This document shows, in pieces, positions 28,265 to 38,391 of a DNA stretch of 64,000 nt (position 1 is its first letter; every line of letters begins with the position of its first letter). The notes beneath the pieces are model-generated. The model made no database searches and was not told where the DNA came from. It was given only the letters and a program-made list of their open reading frames with translations. Origin of the DNA: Alphaproteobacteria bacterium (GTDB lineage: Bacteria > Pseudomonadota > Alphaproteobacteria > Micavibrionales > Micavibrionaceae); NCBI GenBank assembly GCA_050633505.1, contig JBOEGQ010000007.1:13921-77920 (forward strand). The letters are read 5' to 3'. Position numbers and translations under genes: made by a program.

Positions 28265-29151
28265 GCAACGCCTAGTCCCTTTAGCCCAACTGTCGGACTT
28301 TGATTGTCCAGAACCTGCGCTTCTTCAGAGGCATCACTGCTCAGATCATCACCACCGGCAAAGTTCCATCCAGCAGCAGCCAATTCATTTGCCTCCGGAT
28401 CATCACCTTCTTGACCTTCGGCAAGCAATGTTTCGCTTTCATTTTCAGGCTGACGCCCTTCAGGCATCTCCACCTCAGGATCTTCACTGCGCCCACCTGC
28501 AGGAGAAGGGTCACCTTGTTCCGGGCCATCTTGCTCAGGCTCGTTCTGCGCAACATCTTGCCCTTCTTTGACTTCCTCTGTAATGCGCGACATCATGCCC
28601 ATAATACCTGAAGGACCATCCATCCCCTTTTCACCAGAAAACAGCATCTGTATGATCGCGATCAGAATCTGTATTCCACTATTATCTGTAATCCCTTGCT
28701 TAAGCTGCTCTTCCGCAGTTTGCCTACTCAAGGCGTCTTTACTACGTGTTTCTGCATCTTCATTTTGTGCAGCCGCCCCTTGCGCAGCCGCAACTGCTGC
28801 AGCGCCAGGATTCACAACACCCTGACTTACCGAAGCATCTGCATTTTGCACAGAATCAATAAGCATTTGATTGATTTCTTTAAACCCTTGCTCTCTGAGC
28901 TGCCCATCTTCAACAACAGTAACCCACGCATCACTTTCCGGCGCGTCTGTAATTTGATCTCCCGTCATAACATCTTGGAATTGTGCCACACTTCCATCCG
29001 GTGACGTTACACGTGCATCACCACTTGCAGCATTAATTTCAACTGTTTTACCATCAATGTTTCCTAGCTCCTGAGCTATACGCTCCATAAACTCCTGACG
29101 CGCTGCTTCCATTTCCGCAGTATTGTTGGCACCTTCTGGCTGGCTCATCAT
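28261..29151 (-). CDS. acidic, low-complexity hypothetical protein
   Basis: 296 aa, with AAGGGGA upstream of the ATGATG start. It is very Asp/Glu/Gln/Ala-rich and has one short hydrophobic stretch (IQILIAIIQMLF). Its stop shares the palindrome CTAG with the GNAT stop. Confidence 0.5.
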   Translation of the reverse strand: MMSQPEGANNTAEMEAARQEFMERIAQELGNIDGKTVEINAASGDARVTSPDGSVAQFQDVMTGDQITDAPESDAWVTVVEDGQLREQGFKEINQMLIDSVQNADASVSQGVVNPGAAAVAAAQGAAAQNEDAETRSKDALSRQTAEEQLKQGITDNSGIQILIAIIQMLFSGEKGMDGPSGIMGMMSRITEEVKEGQDVAQNEPEQDGPEQGDPSPAGGRSEDPEVEMPEGRQPENESETLLAEGQEGDDPEANELAAAGWNFAGGDDLSSDASEEAQVLDNQSPTVGLKGLGVA

Positions 29152-29353
29152 TTTCCCCTTAAAAATACGACTAGAAATCTAGTTTTTTATAAATTTACCA
29201 TATAGATGAAGACTAGCATATACAGCATCCATAATGCAAATATTGAATGCAGCCACAAAGGAAAGAAAAGCCTTGGAAAACTATGCGTTTTGGGGTTAGA
29301 TAGCCAAGCAAAAATCTAACAGTATGCAAATAAAGAAAAGATAAGACGATACA

Positions 29354-31744
29354 ATGAAGTTTACGATTAACTGGCTCAAAAAACACCTTGAAACTGACGC
29401 AAGTGATACAGAAATTTGCGAGATATTGACAAATATCGGATTGGAACTGGAAGAATTCGAAGATATTGCCGCAAAATTTGCACCTTTTAAGGTCGCATAT
29501 GTTGAAAGCGCCGAAAAACACCCGGATGCTGATAAATTACAGGTCTGCAACGTCAAAACAGAAGACGGAACTGTTCAGGTTGTTTGTGGGGCGCCAAATG
29601 CGCGCGCCGGAATGAAGGCCATTTTTGCACCATCAGGCACATATGTCCCCGGACTTGATGTTACATTGAAGAAAAGCAAAATCCGAGGCATTGAATCAAA
29701 TGGTATGCTGGTCTCTGAAAAGGAGATGTGCCTGTCTGATGAACATGCAGGAATTATAGAGGTTGATGATAAATATGAGGTTGGAACACAAATGGCCGAT
29801 ATTTACGGCCTGAATGAAAAGCTAATCGAAATTGGCCTGACGCCAAACCGCGCAGATTGCGCCGGTGTTTACGGTATCGCACGCGACCTTGCCGCCGCAG
29901 GTTTGGGAACATTGACAGAAACAAATACAACACCTGTTGAAGGCAATTTCGCCTCACCTGTAAATGTACATATCGAAGATGACGGATGCCGTGTTTTTTA
30001 TGGTCGCACGATCAAAAACATTAAAAACGGCCCATCACCACAATGGCTTCAGGATATGTTAACCCATGTTGGACTGCGCCCGATATCTGCGCTTGTTGAT
30101 ATCACAAACTTGATGACAATGGATTATGCACGCCCACTACACGTCTATGATGCTGACAAGCTCAATGGAGATATCGTTGTTCGAGCCACAAAAGAAGGGG
30201 AAGAGATTAATGCCCTTAATGACAAGTCATACAAAACGGTTAAAGGCGCAATTGGCATCACAGATGAAAATGGCCTCATCGGATTGGGTGGCATTGTCGG
30301 TGGAACGTCAACCGCTTGCGATGAGAACACAATAAATGTCTTTGTTGAAAGTGCCTATTTCGACCCCATGCGCACCGCACGTGCCGGACGGGATATGAAT
30401 GTCTCCAGTGATGCACGTTATCGTTTTGACCGTGGCGTTGACCCGGAATTCACACGCACCGGCCTTGAAATCGCAACACGCCTCATTCAAGAACTTTGTG
30501 GAGGTGAAGAAACCCAAATCAGTAATGTCGTCAAAGCCGGTTCTGAACCCGAATGGAAACGTAATATCGCATTCGATCCGGAATTCACGGAAAAACTGTG
30601 TGGTGTCAAAGTTACACATGATGAGCAAATCAATATCCTGCAAAATTTAGGTTTCATCGTCGATGGTAACCAAGTTACGCCGCCATCATGGCGCGGTGAT
30701 GTAGAAGGCGCAGCTGATCTGGTTGAAGAAATTGTTCGCATTCACGGGTTTGATAAGATTGAGCCAATCTCCGTACGTGGCGACAGCGACGTTATACACC
30801 CCGCCGAGACGCTTAAGCTAAACCGAACACGTAAAGCACGCGCGGCCATGACATCCATCGGCCTTGATGAATGTGTAACATGGTCTTTCATGTCTCAAGA
30901 TCTGGCCAAACATTTCGGGTCTAACGATAATGCGGCGCTAACCCTTTCCAATCCGATCAGTACAGAGCTGGCGCAAATGCGTCCGTCAATCTTGCCTAAC
31001 CTTATCGAAGCGGCAAGCCGAAACGCAGATAAAGGATATGCTAATGCTGCACTCTGTGAAGTCGGGCCGGTTTTCCAATCTCAAAAAGCAAACGGCCAAG
31101 ATTACAGTGCCGCAGGTATTCGTACAGGTGATAAATTCACACGTAACTGGCACAAAGACACAGCGCCACGCGCCGTTGATTTTTATGACGTAAAGGCCGA
31201 CGCTCTGGCCGTATTAGAGGCATGTGGCGCGCCTGCAGCCAACGCACAAATATCCCGAGATGCGCCATCCCATTACCACCCGGGGCGATCTGGAGTGCTT
31301 CGATTGGGTAAAAACATCATTGCACAATTCGGAGAAATACATCCCGCAATTTTAGAAGAAATGGGCATTAAAGTCCCTGTAGCCGGATTTGAGATTTTCT
31401 TAGAAAACATCCCGACACCGCGCAAAAAGGGAACAACAAAACCCCTATTAAAACTTGCAACACTTCAACCCGTCTCTAAAGACTTTGCCTTTATTGTTAA
31501 AGATGATGTAAGCGGCGACAACATCATACGCGCCGCAAAGTCGGCAGATAAGAAGCTCATCACGGATGCGCAGATTTTCGATGTGTATGATGGCAAGGGC
31601 ATTGAAGACGGACATAAATCTCTGGCACTGAACATCACGATCCAACCCATTGATGCAACCTTGACCGATGAACAGATCGAAGAGATCATGAACAATGTCA
31701 TTGATGCGGTATCAGGCAAGTGTGGTGGTGTTTTACGCGGATAG
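29354..31744 (+). CDS. pheT: phenylalanine--tRNA ligase beta subunit
   Basis: 796 aa. MKFTINWLKKHL is the canonical PheT N-terminus, with tRNA-binding, B3/B4, B5 and FDX-ACB domain order. Confidence 0.97.
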   Translation: MKFTINWLKKHLETDASDTEICEILTNIGLELEEFEDIAAKFAPFKVAYVESAEKHPDADKLQVCNVKTEDGTVQVVCGAPNARAGMKAIFAPSGTYVPGLDVTLKKSKIRGIESNGMLVSEKEMCLSDEHAGIIEVDDKYEVGTQMADIYGLNEKLIEIGLTPNRADCAGVYGIARDLAAAGLGTLTETNTTPVEGNFASPVNVHIEDDGCRVFYGRTIKNIKNGPSPQWLQDMLTHVGLRPISALVDITNLMTMDYARPLHVYDADKLNGDIVVRATKEGEEINALNDKSYKTVKGAIGITDENGLIGLGGIVGGTSTACDENTINVFVESAYFDPMRTARAGRDMNVSSDARYRFDRGVDPEFTRTGLEIATRLIQELCGGEETQISNVVKAGSEPEWKRNIAFDPEFTEKLCGVKVTHDEQINILQNLGFIVDGNQVTPPSWRGDVEGAADLVEEIVRIHGFDKIEPISVRGDSDVIHPAETLKLNRTRKARAAMTSIGLDECVTWSFMSQDLAKHFGSNDNAALTLSNPISTELAQMRPSILPNLIEAASRNADKGYANAALCEVGPVFQSQKANGQDYSAAGIRTGDKFTRNWHKDTAPRAVDFYDVKADALAVLEACGAPAANAQISRDAPSHYHPGRSGVLRLGKNIIAQFGEIHPAILEEMGIKVPVAGFEIFLENIPTPRKKGTTKPLLKLATLQPVSKDFAFIVKDDVSGDNIIRAAKSADKKLITDAQIFDVYDGKGIEDGHKSLALNITIQPIDATLTDEQIEEIMNNVIDAVSGKCGGVLRG

Positions 31745-31781
31745 CCACAGTAAATGCCGACAATAGAAAAAGAAGAGTAAA

Positions 31782-32075
31782 ATGCCCAACTATACTTTTA
31801 AGCTTATAGAATCAAGCGACGATGAAACATCTAGATTCAGAAATCAGTTTGTAAACATGGCCAGACAACTGGATTCTGGACATGGTATAGATATGGAGAA
31901 TAATCTGCACGATATTAATATCCCGCATATTGAGAATATTCCCGAATTTATTACACAACATTTTGGTTCTTCTATTACCCCATTGGATGAAGAACCCTTT
32001 ATAAATCCTGATGGAGGCCGCCAATCCGTCATGATCACAGTGCAACCTACGTCGAATTCTGAATGTGGTCTTTAA
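31782..32075 (+). CDS. hypothetical protein
   Basis: 97-aa ORF filling the gap between pheT and the convergent fadD. I recognise no family. Confidence 0.35.
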   Translation: MPNYTFKLIESSDDETSRFRNQFVNMARQLDSGHGIDMENNLHDINIPHIENIPEFITQHFGSSITPLDEEPFINPDGGRQSVMITVQPTSNSECGL

Positions 32076-32082
32076 TCTTTAA

Positions 32083-33771
32083 TTACCCCTGCTCCTCCGC
32101 CAGAACATCCTTACGACTTAACTTACCGATCATGGTTTTTGGTAAAGGTTCATTGCGGAATTCGATGCGCTTGGGAATTTCCATCGGCGATATTTTATCC
32201 TTCAAGAACGCTTTCAAATCTTCAGTTGTCAGCTCCCGCCCGTCTTTTAATTTAATCCACGCCTTAACGATCTCACCACGATTCTCATCAGGAAGTCCGG
32301 CAACAATACATTCTTCAACATTTGGATGCTTATAGATGGCCTCTTCAACATTACGCGGATAAACATTATATCCGTTCGTGATAATCATATCTTTCAATCG
32401 ATCAACGATATAGACATACCCTCTCTCATCCATAATGGCGATATCCCCGGTATGTAGGCGCACCCCCCCATCATCTGTCGGACGCAAAACCTCGGCGGTT
32501 GCCTCTGGATTATTCCAATACCCCATCATGACCTGAGGCCCACGGATACAAAGCTCACCACGTTCACCAATCAATTTTGGCGTTGTTTTATCTTCTTTAT
32601 CAATGATTTCGATAATCGTTTGTGGAAGAGGTAATCCAATAGAACCTGCTTTATTCTCACCCTCCACAGGATTTGCACATGCAACGGGGGAACTCTCGCT
32701 CAATCCATACCCCTCAATCACAACACACCCGGTTTCTTTTTCAAATTTCTTCTTTACCTGTACCGGCAGAGGTGCACCGCCTGATAAGCAGGCCTTTAAT
32801 GACGATACATCATATTTTTTCCGCAAAGGAGAGTTATTAATCGCACTGTAAATCGCAGGAACAGCAGGAAACAAACTTGGCTTTTGCTTATGAATAATTT
32901 TAAGCGCACCTTCCAACTCGAAACGTGGCATTGCAATAATTTCAAATGCATTTACAACACTGAAATTCATAACAGCTGTCATCGCGAAAACATGAAAGAA
33001 CGGCAAAACACCAAGCATTTTATGCTGCCCTTCTTCCAGTTGATGGAACCATATTTTGGCTTGTGTTGCATTGGCATAGACATTTTGATGGCTTAACATC
33101 GCGCCTTTCGGCACGCCTGTCGTCCCGCCCGTATACTGTAAGACGGCCAAATCATGGATCGGGTCAATTTCCACAGGATCAAATGCGCCATCATTTTGGA
33201 TGACATCAGAGAACATAATCAAACGTCGATGCGGCTTTATCTTGACCAGCTCTTTACCCTTAAACAACGGAAATAAGATATTCTTTGGAAATGGCAAAAC
33301 ATCCGTAAAAGAGCATACTATGATATGCTCCAATCGGGTTGAGTGAAGCATTTTATCCATCTTCCCGTACAGCATCTCCAGATCCAGGGTAACCACCATA
33401 TTCAGTGTGCTATCTTCAATAAGGTGTACCAGTTCCTCTTCTGCATATAACGGATTAAGATTTACAACCACCGCACCAGTCATAAGAACGGCATAGTAGG
33501 ACACAATATAATATGGACAATTCGGCAGAAACAGACCTATTTTATCACCCTTCTTAACACCACGCTCCTGCAAACCTTTTGCCATTTTACATGCCAAATC
33601 ATACAATTCCTGCCATGTATATTTTTTTCCCAGAAAATCAAAAGCATTCTTTTGCGGGTATTTTTGTGCAGTATCCTGCAACATCGAGAATACTGGCTTT
33701 TGCTCTATTTCCGCATACCAGCTAATCTCGGACGGATAATCAGACAACCACAAATATGTTTCTTTATTCAC
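32083..33771 (-). CDS. fadD: long-chain-fatty-acid--CoA ligase
   Basis: AMP-binding motif YTGGTTGVPKGAMLSH, plus GYGLSE and the C-terminal GKLSRKD. The likely start is GTG at 33771 (GAAGG 8 nt upstream); the track ORF extends to 33852. Confidence 0.92.
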   Translation of the reverse strand: MNKETYLWLSDYPSEISWYAEIEQKPVFSMLQDTAQKYPQKNAFDFLGKKYTWQELYDLACKMAKGLQERGVKKGDKIGLFLPNCPYYIVSYYAVLMTGAVVVNLNPLYAEEELVHLIEDSTLNMVVTLDLEMLYGKMDKMLHSTRLEHIIVCSFTDVLPFPKNILFPLFKGKELVKIKPHRRLIMFSDVIQNDGAFDPVEIDPIHDLAVLQYTGGTTGVPKGAMLSHQNVYANATQAKIWFHQLEEGQHKMLGVLPFFHVFAMTAVMNFSVVNAFEIIAMPRFELEGALKIIHKQKPSLFPAVPAIYSAINNSPLRKKYDVSSLKACLSGGAPLPVQVKKKFEKETGCVVIEGYGLSESSPVACANPVEGENKAGSIGLPLPQTIIEIIDKEDKTTPKLIGERGELCIRGPQVMMGYWNNPEATAEVLRPTDDGGVRLHTGDIAIMDERGYVYIVDRLKDMIITNGYNVYPRNVEEAIYKHPNVEECIVAGLPDENRGEIVKAWIKLKDGRELTTEDLKAFLKDKISPMEIPKRIEFRNEPLPKTMIGKLSRKDVLAEEQG

Positions 33772-34017
33772 GAAATTCACCTTCTTGTGCACATATATTA
33801 GCTTATCACAACATCTTACAACAGATAGAGAAAAACATATGCTGCACAGCAAAAACTAGATAAGAGGATAAACTGCACAACATCGTATCGCATGTCAGTC
33901 ACAAAAATATGCTGGATTTCAGAAAAAAAATCGGGCATTATGTCTATGTTGATTTTATTCAACACCCTCTCGAGTATTCCTTACTTCTGCATACACTACA
34001 CATTCTAAAGGCGTTCC

Positions 34018-34527
34018 ATGTTGCACTCTAGCGTTCAAAACCCTCCCGAAGAGAAAATATCTACGGTAAAAATGCACTTAAAATGGTTTAATGGTACCAA
34101 GGGGTTTGGGTTTCTAGTCCCCGAAGAAGGCAATTACGATGCCTTCTTGCATATTACAACACTCCAACAGGCAGGTCTGCACTCCATCGGCGAAGGAGCA
34201 ATACTGATGTGCAAGGTCTTTGAAGGCGACAAAGGCAGGCAAGTCCGTGAAGTTCTTGAGGTTCTGGACAAAGGCGCGATGAGCACAATCCCAGAAGTAG
34301 ATGAAGAAACCGGCACAATCACGATGGGTGGATTAGTTAAATGGTATAAGCCGGAAAAAGGATTTGGGTTTATTATCCCTGATGACGGTATGAAGGATGT
34401 TTTTATTCATAAAACGTTACTTGATAAGCTTGAACTTGATCAATTAGAAGCAGGTCAACGCGTACGTGTTACACTTAAAATTGTTGATAAAGGGCGTGAA
34501 GCCGTCGATATTCAAGTGATCGAATAG
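34018..34527 (+). CDS. tandem cold-shock-domain protein (two CSDs)
   Basis: Two CSD cores: LKWFNGTKGFGFLVPEEG and VKWYKPEKGFGFIIPDDG. The start could instead be the internal MHLKWFN. Confidence 0.9.
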   Translation: MLHSSVQNPPEEKISTVKMHLKWFNGTKGFGFLVPEEGNYDAFLHITTLQQAGLHSIGEGAILMCKVFEGDKGRQVREVLEVLDKGAMSTIPEVDEETGTITMGGLVKWYKPEKGFGFIIPDDGMKDVFIHKTLLDKLELDQLEAGQRVRVTLKIVDKGREAVDIQVIE

Positions 34528-34654
34528 ACTATAAGCGATTGAAATATAACAAAAATCCTATCCCATCCCCGATACACAAAATATTCATAAAATTTTAAAC
34601 AAAGCCATGCTATTCTATCAAATAGTGTATAAGTGGACTGGGACAGTGTGACAA

Positions 34655-35938
34655 ATGTTTAGTTGTGTAAAATCTATTAGCCGAGACATATATAAGAACG
34701 AAGATGGCTTAACCTTGATGGAAGTATCTCTTGGTTTACTCGTGGTTAGTATACTCGCACTCCCCCTATTACAGGCTTATAACGTCGAAATTCGTCAACG
34801 AACAATTTCAAACACACAAGGGGCCCTCGCCCAAATCGAAGATTCCATGAACCATTACTTCCTAAGTGGTAATGGTGAATACCCTTGCCCGGCAAGTGTT
34901 AGCCTTGGTGAGGATGATCCCGGATTTGGAGAAGAAGGTGACTGTACCTTGGCAAATATCAGGCTGTGTACAGATCCATTATGGTCAAGCACAGAAGGCA
35001 TTTGCAAAACAGAAGACGCACCAACCGCGGTCATTATCGGCTCAGTTCCTTTTGCCGAATTGAAAATGCAACAAGAACAAACACTGGATTACTGGGGCAA
35101 CAAAATCCTTTATGCTGTTAGCTTCCCACAAACAAATCAGGCAGTATATACAATCGGTGGCGGGACAATCACGGTAAATACTGTTGATGACCCCGTTGAT
35201 GTGGCAAATGGCAGTGCAGACGGGATACCTGATGCGCTTACCAACCCCTATGATATTTTTATGTTTTCAACTGGCGCAACCGGATTGGGCGGATATTCAA
35301 GAAATGGAGAAAGTTTAGGTGATTGCGCAGACCCGGCAGACAGCTATGACCATGAAAATTGCGACTTTGATAATGTTTTCTTTTATGACGTAAATCCGGG
35401 TAATAAAAGTGCCGCCGCATTTGCAGAGCAAGTCGGCCCACAGTTCTACGATGATATGACACGTGGACAACAATCTGTTCCGGAATCAACATGGTTTCAA
35501 CACCCTGATAATGCGGCATATACAGACGAAGATTTTGCAATGACCTTTGCCACACGTATTGGCATAGGCACACATAGACCGGGTGAGGACACAACACCAG
35601 ACGAAATGCTGCATGTTGCCGGAAATATCCGTGTAGAAACAGGCACTGGAGGTAACGGTCGCCTAAAAACAGATTCCATCTGCGATGAAGATGAAGATTG
35701 TTTTGATCCGTCTTATATAACCGAAGAAGTAGATGAGATGCAATGCGATCCTGATGATGACCTATACGGAGAACAAGTCATTAGAACCATAGGCGATAAT
35801 CAAGTTCGTTGCAATGTCACCGATGGCGCAAGTGGTGGTTCAGAATTACAAATTGACACATCTGTGGTAAATGGAAGCTGTAATTTAGGAGAAAGAGCCG
35901 TGGGCTTTAATCCGAGTGGAGGAATACTATGTCTATAA
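34655..35938 (+). CDS. giant type IV pilin-like protein, paralogue 1 (prepilin-type N-terminus)
   Basis: 427 aa. Leader MFSCVKSISRDIYKNEDG is followed by LTLMEVSLGLLVVSILALPLL (G/xTLxE plus a hydrophobic helix). It shares YPCPA, VPF..L, DYWG..ILYAV, FMFSTG and ENCD blocks with the next two ORFs. Confidence 0.8.
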   Translation: MFSCVKSISRDIYKNEDGLTLMEVSLGLLVVSILALPLLQAYNVEIRQRTISNTQGALAQIEDSMNHYFLSGNGEYPCPASVSLGEDDPGFGEEGDCTLANIRLCTDPLWSSTEGICKTEDAPTAVIIGSVPFAELKMQQEQTLDYWGNKILYAVSFPQTNQAVYTIGGGTITVNTVDDPVDVANGSADGIPDALTNPYDIFMFSTGATGLGGYSRNGESLGDCADPADSYDHENCDFDNVFFYDVNPGNKSAAAFAEQVGPQFYDDMTRGQQSVPESTWFQHPDNAAYTDEDFAMTFATRIGIGTHRPGEDTTPDEMLHVAGNIRVETGTGGNGRLKTDSICDEDEDCFDPSYITEEVDEMQCDPDDDLYGEQVIRTIGDNQVRCNVTDGASGGSELQIDTSVVNGSCNLGERAVGFNPSGGILCL

Positions 35939-38376
35939 CAGTTAAAAACAACCAGTCCGGTTTTACATTGGTTGAAGCTGCCCTTGCACTTGCAATTGTC
36001 GGGATTTTAGCCGCAGCCGTGATATCCCTTTATCATCAATATCGTGTTGAAAAAGACTGGGATAACACAGAAGTCCATATTGAACTTGCCCTCAATGAAA
36101 TCGGTAACTTCCGTTCTGTATTTGGTCGCTACCCCTGCCCGGCTCCCCGTACGGCAGTTCCCGGGGATCTTGATTACGGTCTGGAAGATTGTACAGTTGG
36201 CGCTTCTGGTGCGTGCGCAAATGGAATTTGTACATATAACAGCATCATTGGTGGCGAAACCATCACACTTGGGACTCTCCCCTTTAAGACCCTAAACTTA
36301 CAGGAATCAGAGGCACAAGATGGATATCTTGGTCGACTAACATATGCCGTGACCAGCAGCCTGACATCAAATACAACATTCGATATGACCGGAGGCGGCA
36401 TCGGGATTGTTGGCAAAGACGGCACATCCATTATTACACCAGAAAATCGCGGTCATTTTATTGTCATTTCCCACGGCCCAAATCATGTCGGTGCATATAC
36501 AAAATCTGGCATAGAAGCCAGACCATGTGCAGACGGCTCACCAACAGAACAAGAAAATTGTGATGGTAATGCAACATTCGTATCCGGTGATACCGAAACA
36601 ACCCATGATGACCGCGTTGCGTTCTTTAGTTCGGTTCGTGCAACAGAATGGCAAACAACAGAAGACGACCGTACAGATATACACCTCAAAAGCTTTACCA
36701 ACAGCGTAGCCGTTGGCGCAAATGTTACAGATGACCTTGACGGTGCAGACGAAATAACAGTGCGCAATATCGCTGGTATTCCAGACTCAGGAACTGTAAA
36801 ATCAAACAACGATTTTCAGGTTGATACCCTTTGTGAAGAAGATGCAAACAGTGATGTCGACTGCTTCCAACCAAGATTGCTTTCTGGAAGCTTAGCGATT
36901 ATTCCGTCAGGTGATCCTGTATATAGCAGCATCGACGGCTCCGATGACTTATACGAAGAAGGCGGCGATGGCGGCCTGAGTTGCTTAACCTCTGGGGGTA
37001 ATGCACAATTCATGGTCGGGATCGGCAATAAAACCAAACGATGTGTCAATGAGATATTCCTGTCATGTCCTAATGGCGGATTTATCAACTCAATCAGCGC
37101 AGACGGCGATGTTGTCTGTGATAACCCGCCTGAGCCAGAATGTCCGGATGAAGATGTTGTGACCTATTGTGGTACAAATGAACGCCTTGAGAATTCAGAT
37201 GGATCCGGCTCCACCCCTAGCGGTGCTTATTTCTCCGTTTACTCAGGTACATGTAACATGGCACCAGTATATAATGGGGCATATTTTGAGACTGCTGTCG
37301 CTGGCTTAGATGAAGACGGTATTAGAGCACTGGTCGACACGATAAATGCTGAAGGTACAACCGCAGAAGCCTGTGGCCCAACACAGGGACACTCACTTGT
37401 GCGCGATTCATACCAATGTGAATCAGGGATTTGGGATCACCATCGCACACACGAGATTCGCTGGCGTAGTACATTTAGCGGTTTGAGCGTAAATGCCAGT
37501 GGTAGCTGGAACGCAGAAAGCTCTGACTGTTCCTGTACAGAAAGATACGATGTTGTTGAAGACGACTGCCCGAACGGTCAGGCCGGAACACAATATATTA
37601 TCCGCAAATATCGTTGCCCGTATACGAGTAGCAATTGGACAACAGTTCACAACGACTATCAAAGCTGTGGATGTGACCCAAGTCCTATTCCAAATGAGAT
37701 AAGCTGTAACAATTATTACGATGAGGTTAATGATACAACCGGAACATCCGGTCTAGAAGGTACAGTCTACCGAACATATGACGTGACATGTGTTGATGAT
37801 GTTGCCGTCACAAATGCAACCCCGACCACTGTTGATACCGACGAATGTGCCTGTAGCACCGAGCCGGATGATATAAGCCGCGTTCAGTGCGATACAGGCT
37901 TGACGAATAGCTGGACATGGTCAGGTGGTACAGAAACAGGTGTCGCAGAACTGGACGTCTACGAATGGGTCTGCCCACCTACAACGCCTGGTGAATTACC
38001 TGATCCAGGGGATCACGAGGAAACACCATCACAAAGCTATACGCATGCTTGCACCTGTGATCACGACTTAGATGAGGAAGTCAAAGTCGATTGCCCCTCT
38101 GATCAGGATGGTCAACTAATCTATCTAAAAGAGTGGGATTGCGGCCTCGACGACTGGGAAGATGAAAGTGAATGGGAGCTAATCGGCGGAGCATGCAATA
38201 GTTGTTCCTGGCAGGCATCATCCGGCGGATCAACTTTAGAGAAATACGCCTATGGTGAACCAGTTGGTGGAAAATGTGACTGTGGAACACCGCCTGTTGA
38301 ATACTGCCATGACTATCATAGTGAAGACTTCTATGAAGTATGGACAAGTTGTCAGTGCGCAGTCCAAATTGATTAA
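35929..38376 (+). CDS. giant type IV pilin-like protein, paralogue 2, with a Cys-rich repeat C-terminus
   Basis: 815 aa. GGAGGA precedes the ATG, which overlaps the previous ORF by 10 nt. Leader MSITVKNNQSG is followed by FTLVEAALALAIVGIL. I count 40 Cys by hand. Confidence 0.85.
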   Translation: MSITVKNNQSGFTLVEAALALAIVGILAAAVISLYHQYRVEKDWDNTEVHIELALNEIGNFRSVFGRYPCPAPRTAVPGDLDYGLEDCTVGASGACANGICTYNSIIGGETITLGTLPFKTLNLQESEAQDGYLGRLTYAVTSSLTSNTTFDMTGGGIGIVGKDGTSIITPENRGHFIVISHGPNHVGAYTKSGIEARPCADGSPTEQENCDGNATFVSGDTETTHDDRVAFFSSVRATEWQTTEDDRTDIHLKSFTNSVAVGANVTDDLDGADEITVRNIAGIPDSGTVKSNNDFQVDTLCEEDANSDVDCFQPRLLSGSLAIIPSGDPVYSSIDGSDDLYEEGGDGGLSCLTSGGNAQFMVGIGNKTKRCVNEIFLSCPNGGFINSISADGDVVCDNPPEPECPDEDVVTYCGTNERLENSDGSGSTPSGAYFSVYSGTCNMAPVYNGAYFETAVAGLDEDGIRALVDTINAEGTTAEACGPTQGHSLVRDSYQCESGIWDHHRTHEIRWRSTFSGLSVNASGSWNAESSDCSCTERYDVVEDDCPNGQAGTQYIIRKYRCPYTSSNWTTVHNDYQSCGCDPSPIPNEISCNNYYDEVNDTTGTSGLEGTVYRTYDVTCVDDVAVTNATPTTVDTDECACSTEPDDISRVQCDTGLTNSWTWSGGTETGVAELDVYEWVCPPTTPGELPDPGDHEETPSQSYTHACTCDHDLDEEVKVDCPSDQDGQLIYLKEWDCGLDDWEDESEWELIGGACNSCSWQASSGGSTLEKYAYGEPVGGKCDCGTPPVEYCHDYHSEDFYEVWTSCQCAVQID

Positions 38377-38391
38377 GAGGGTTATAAGCCA

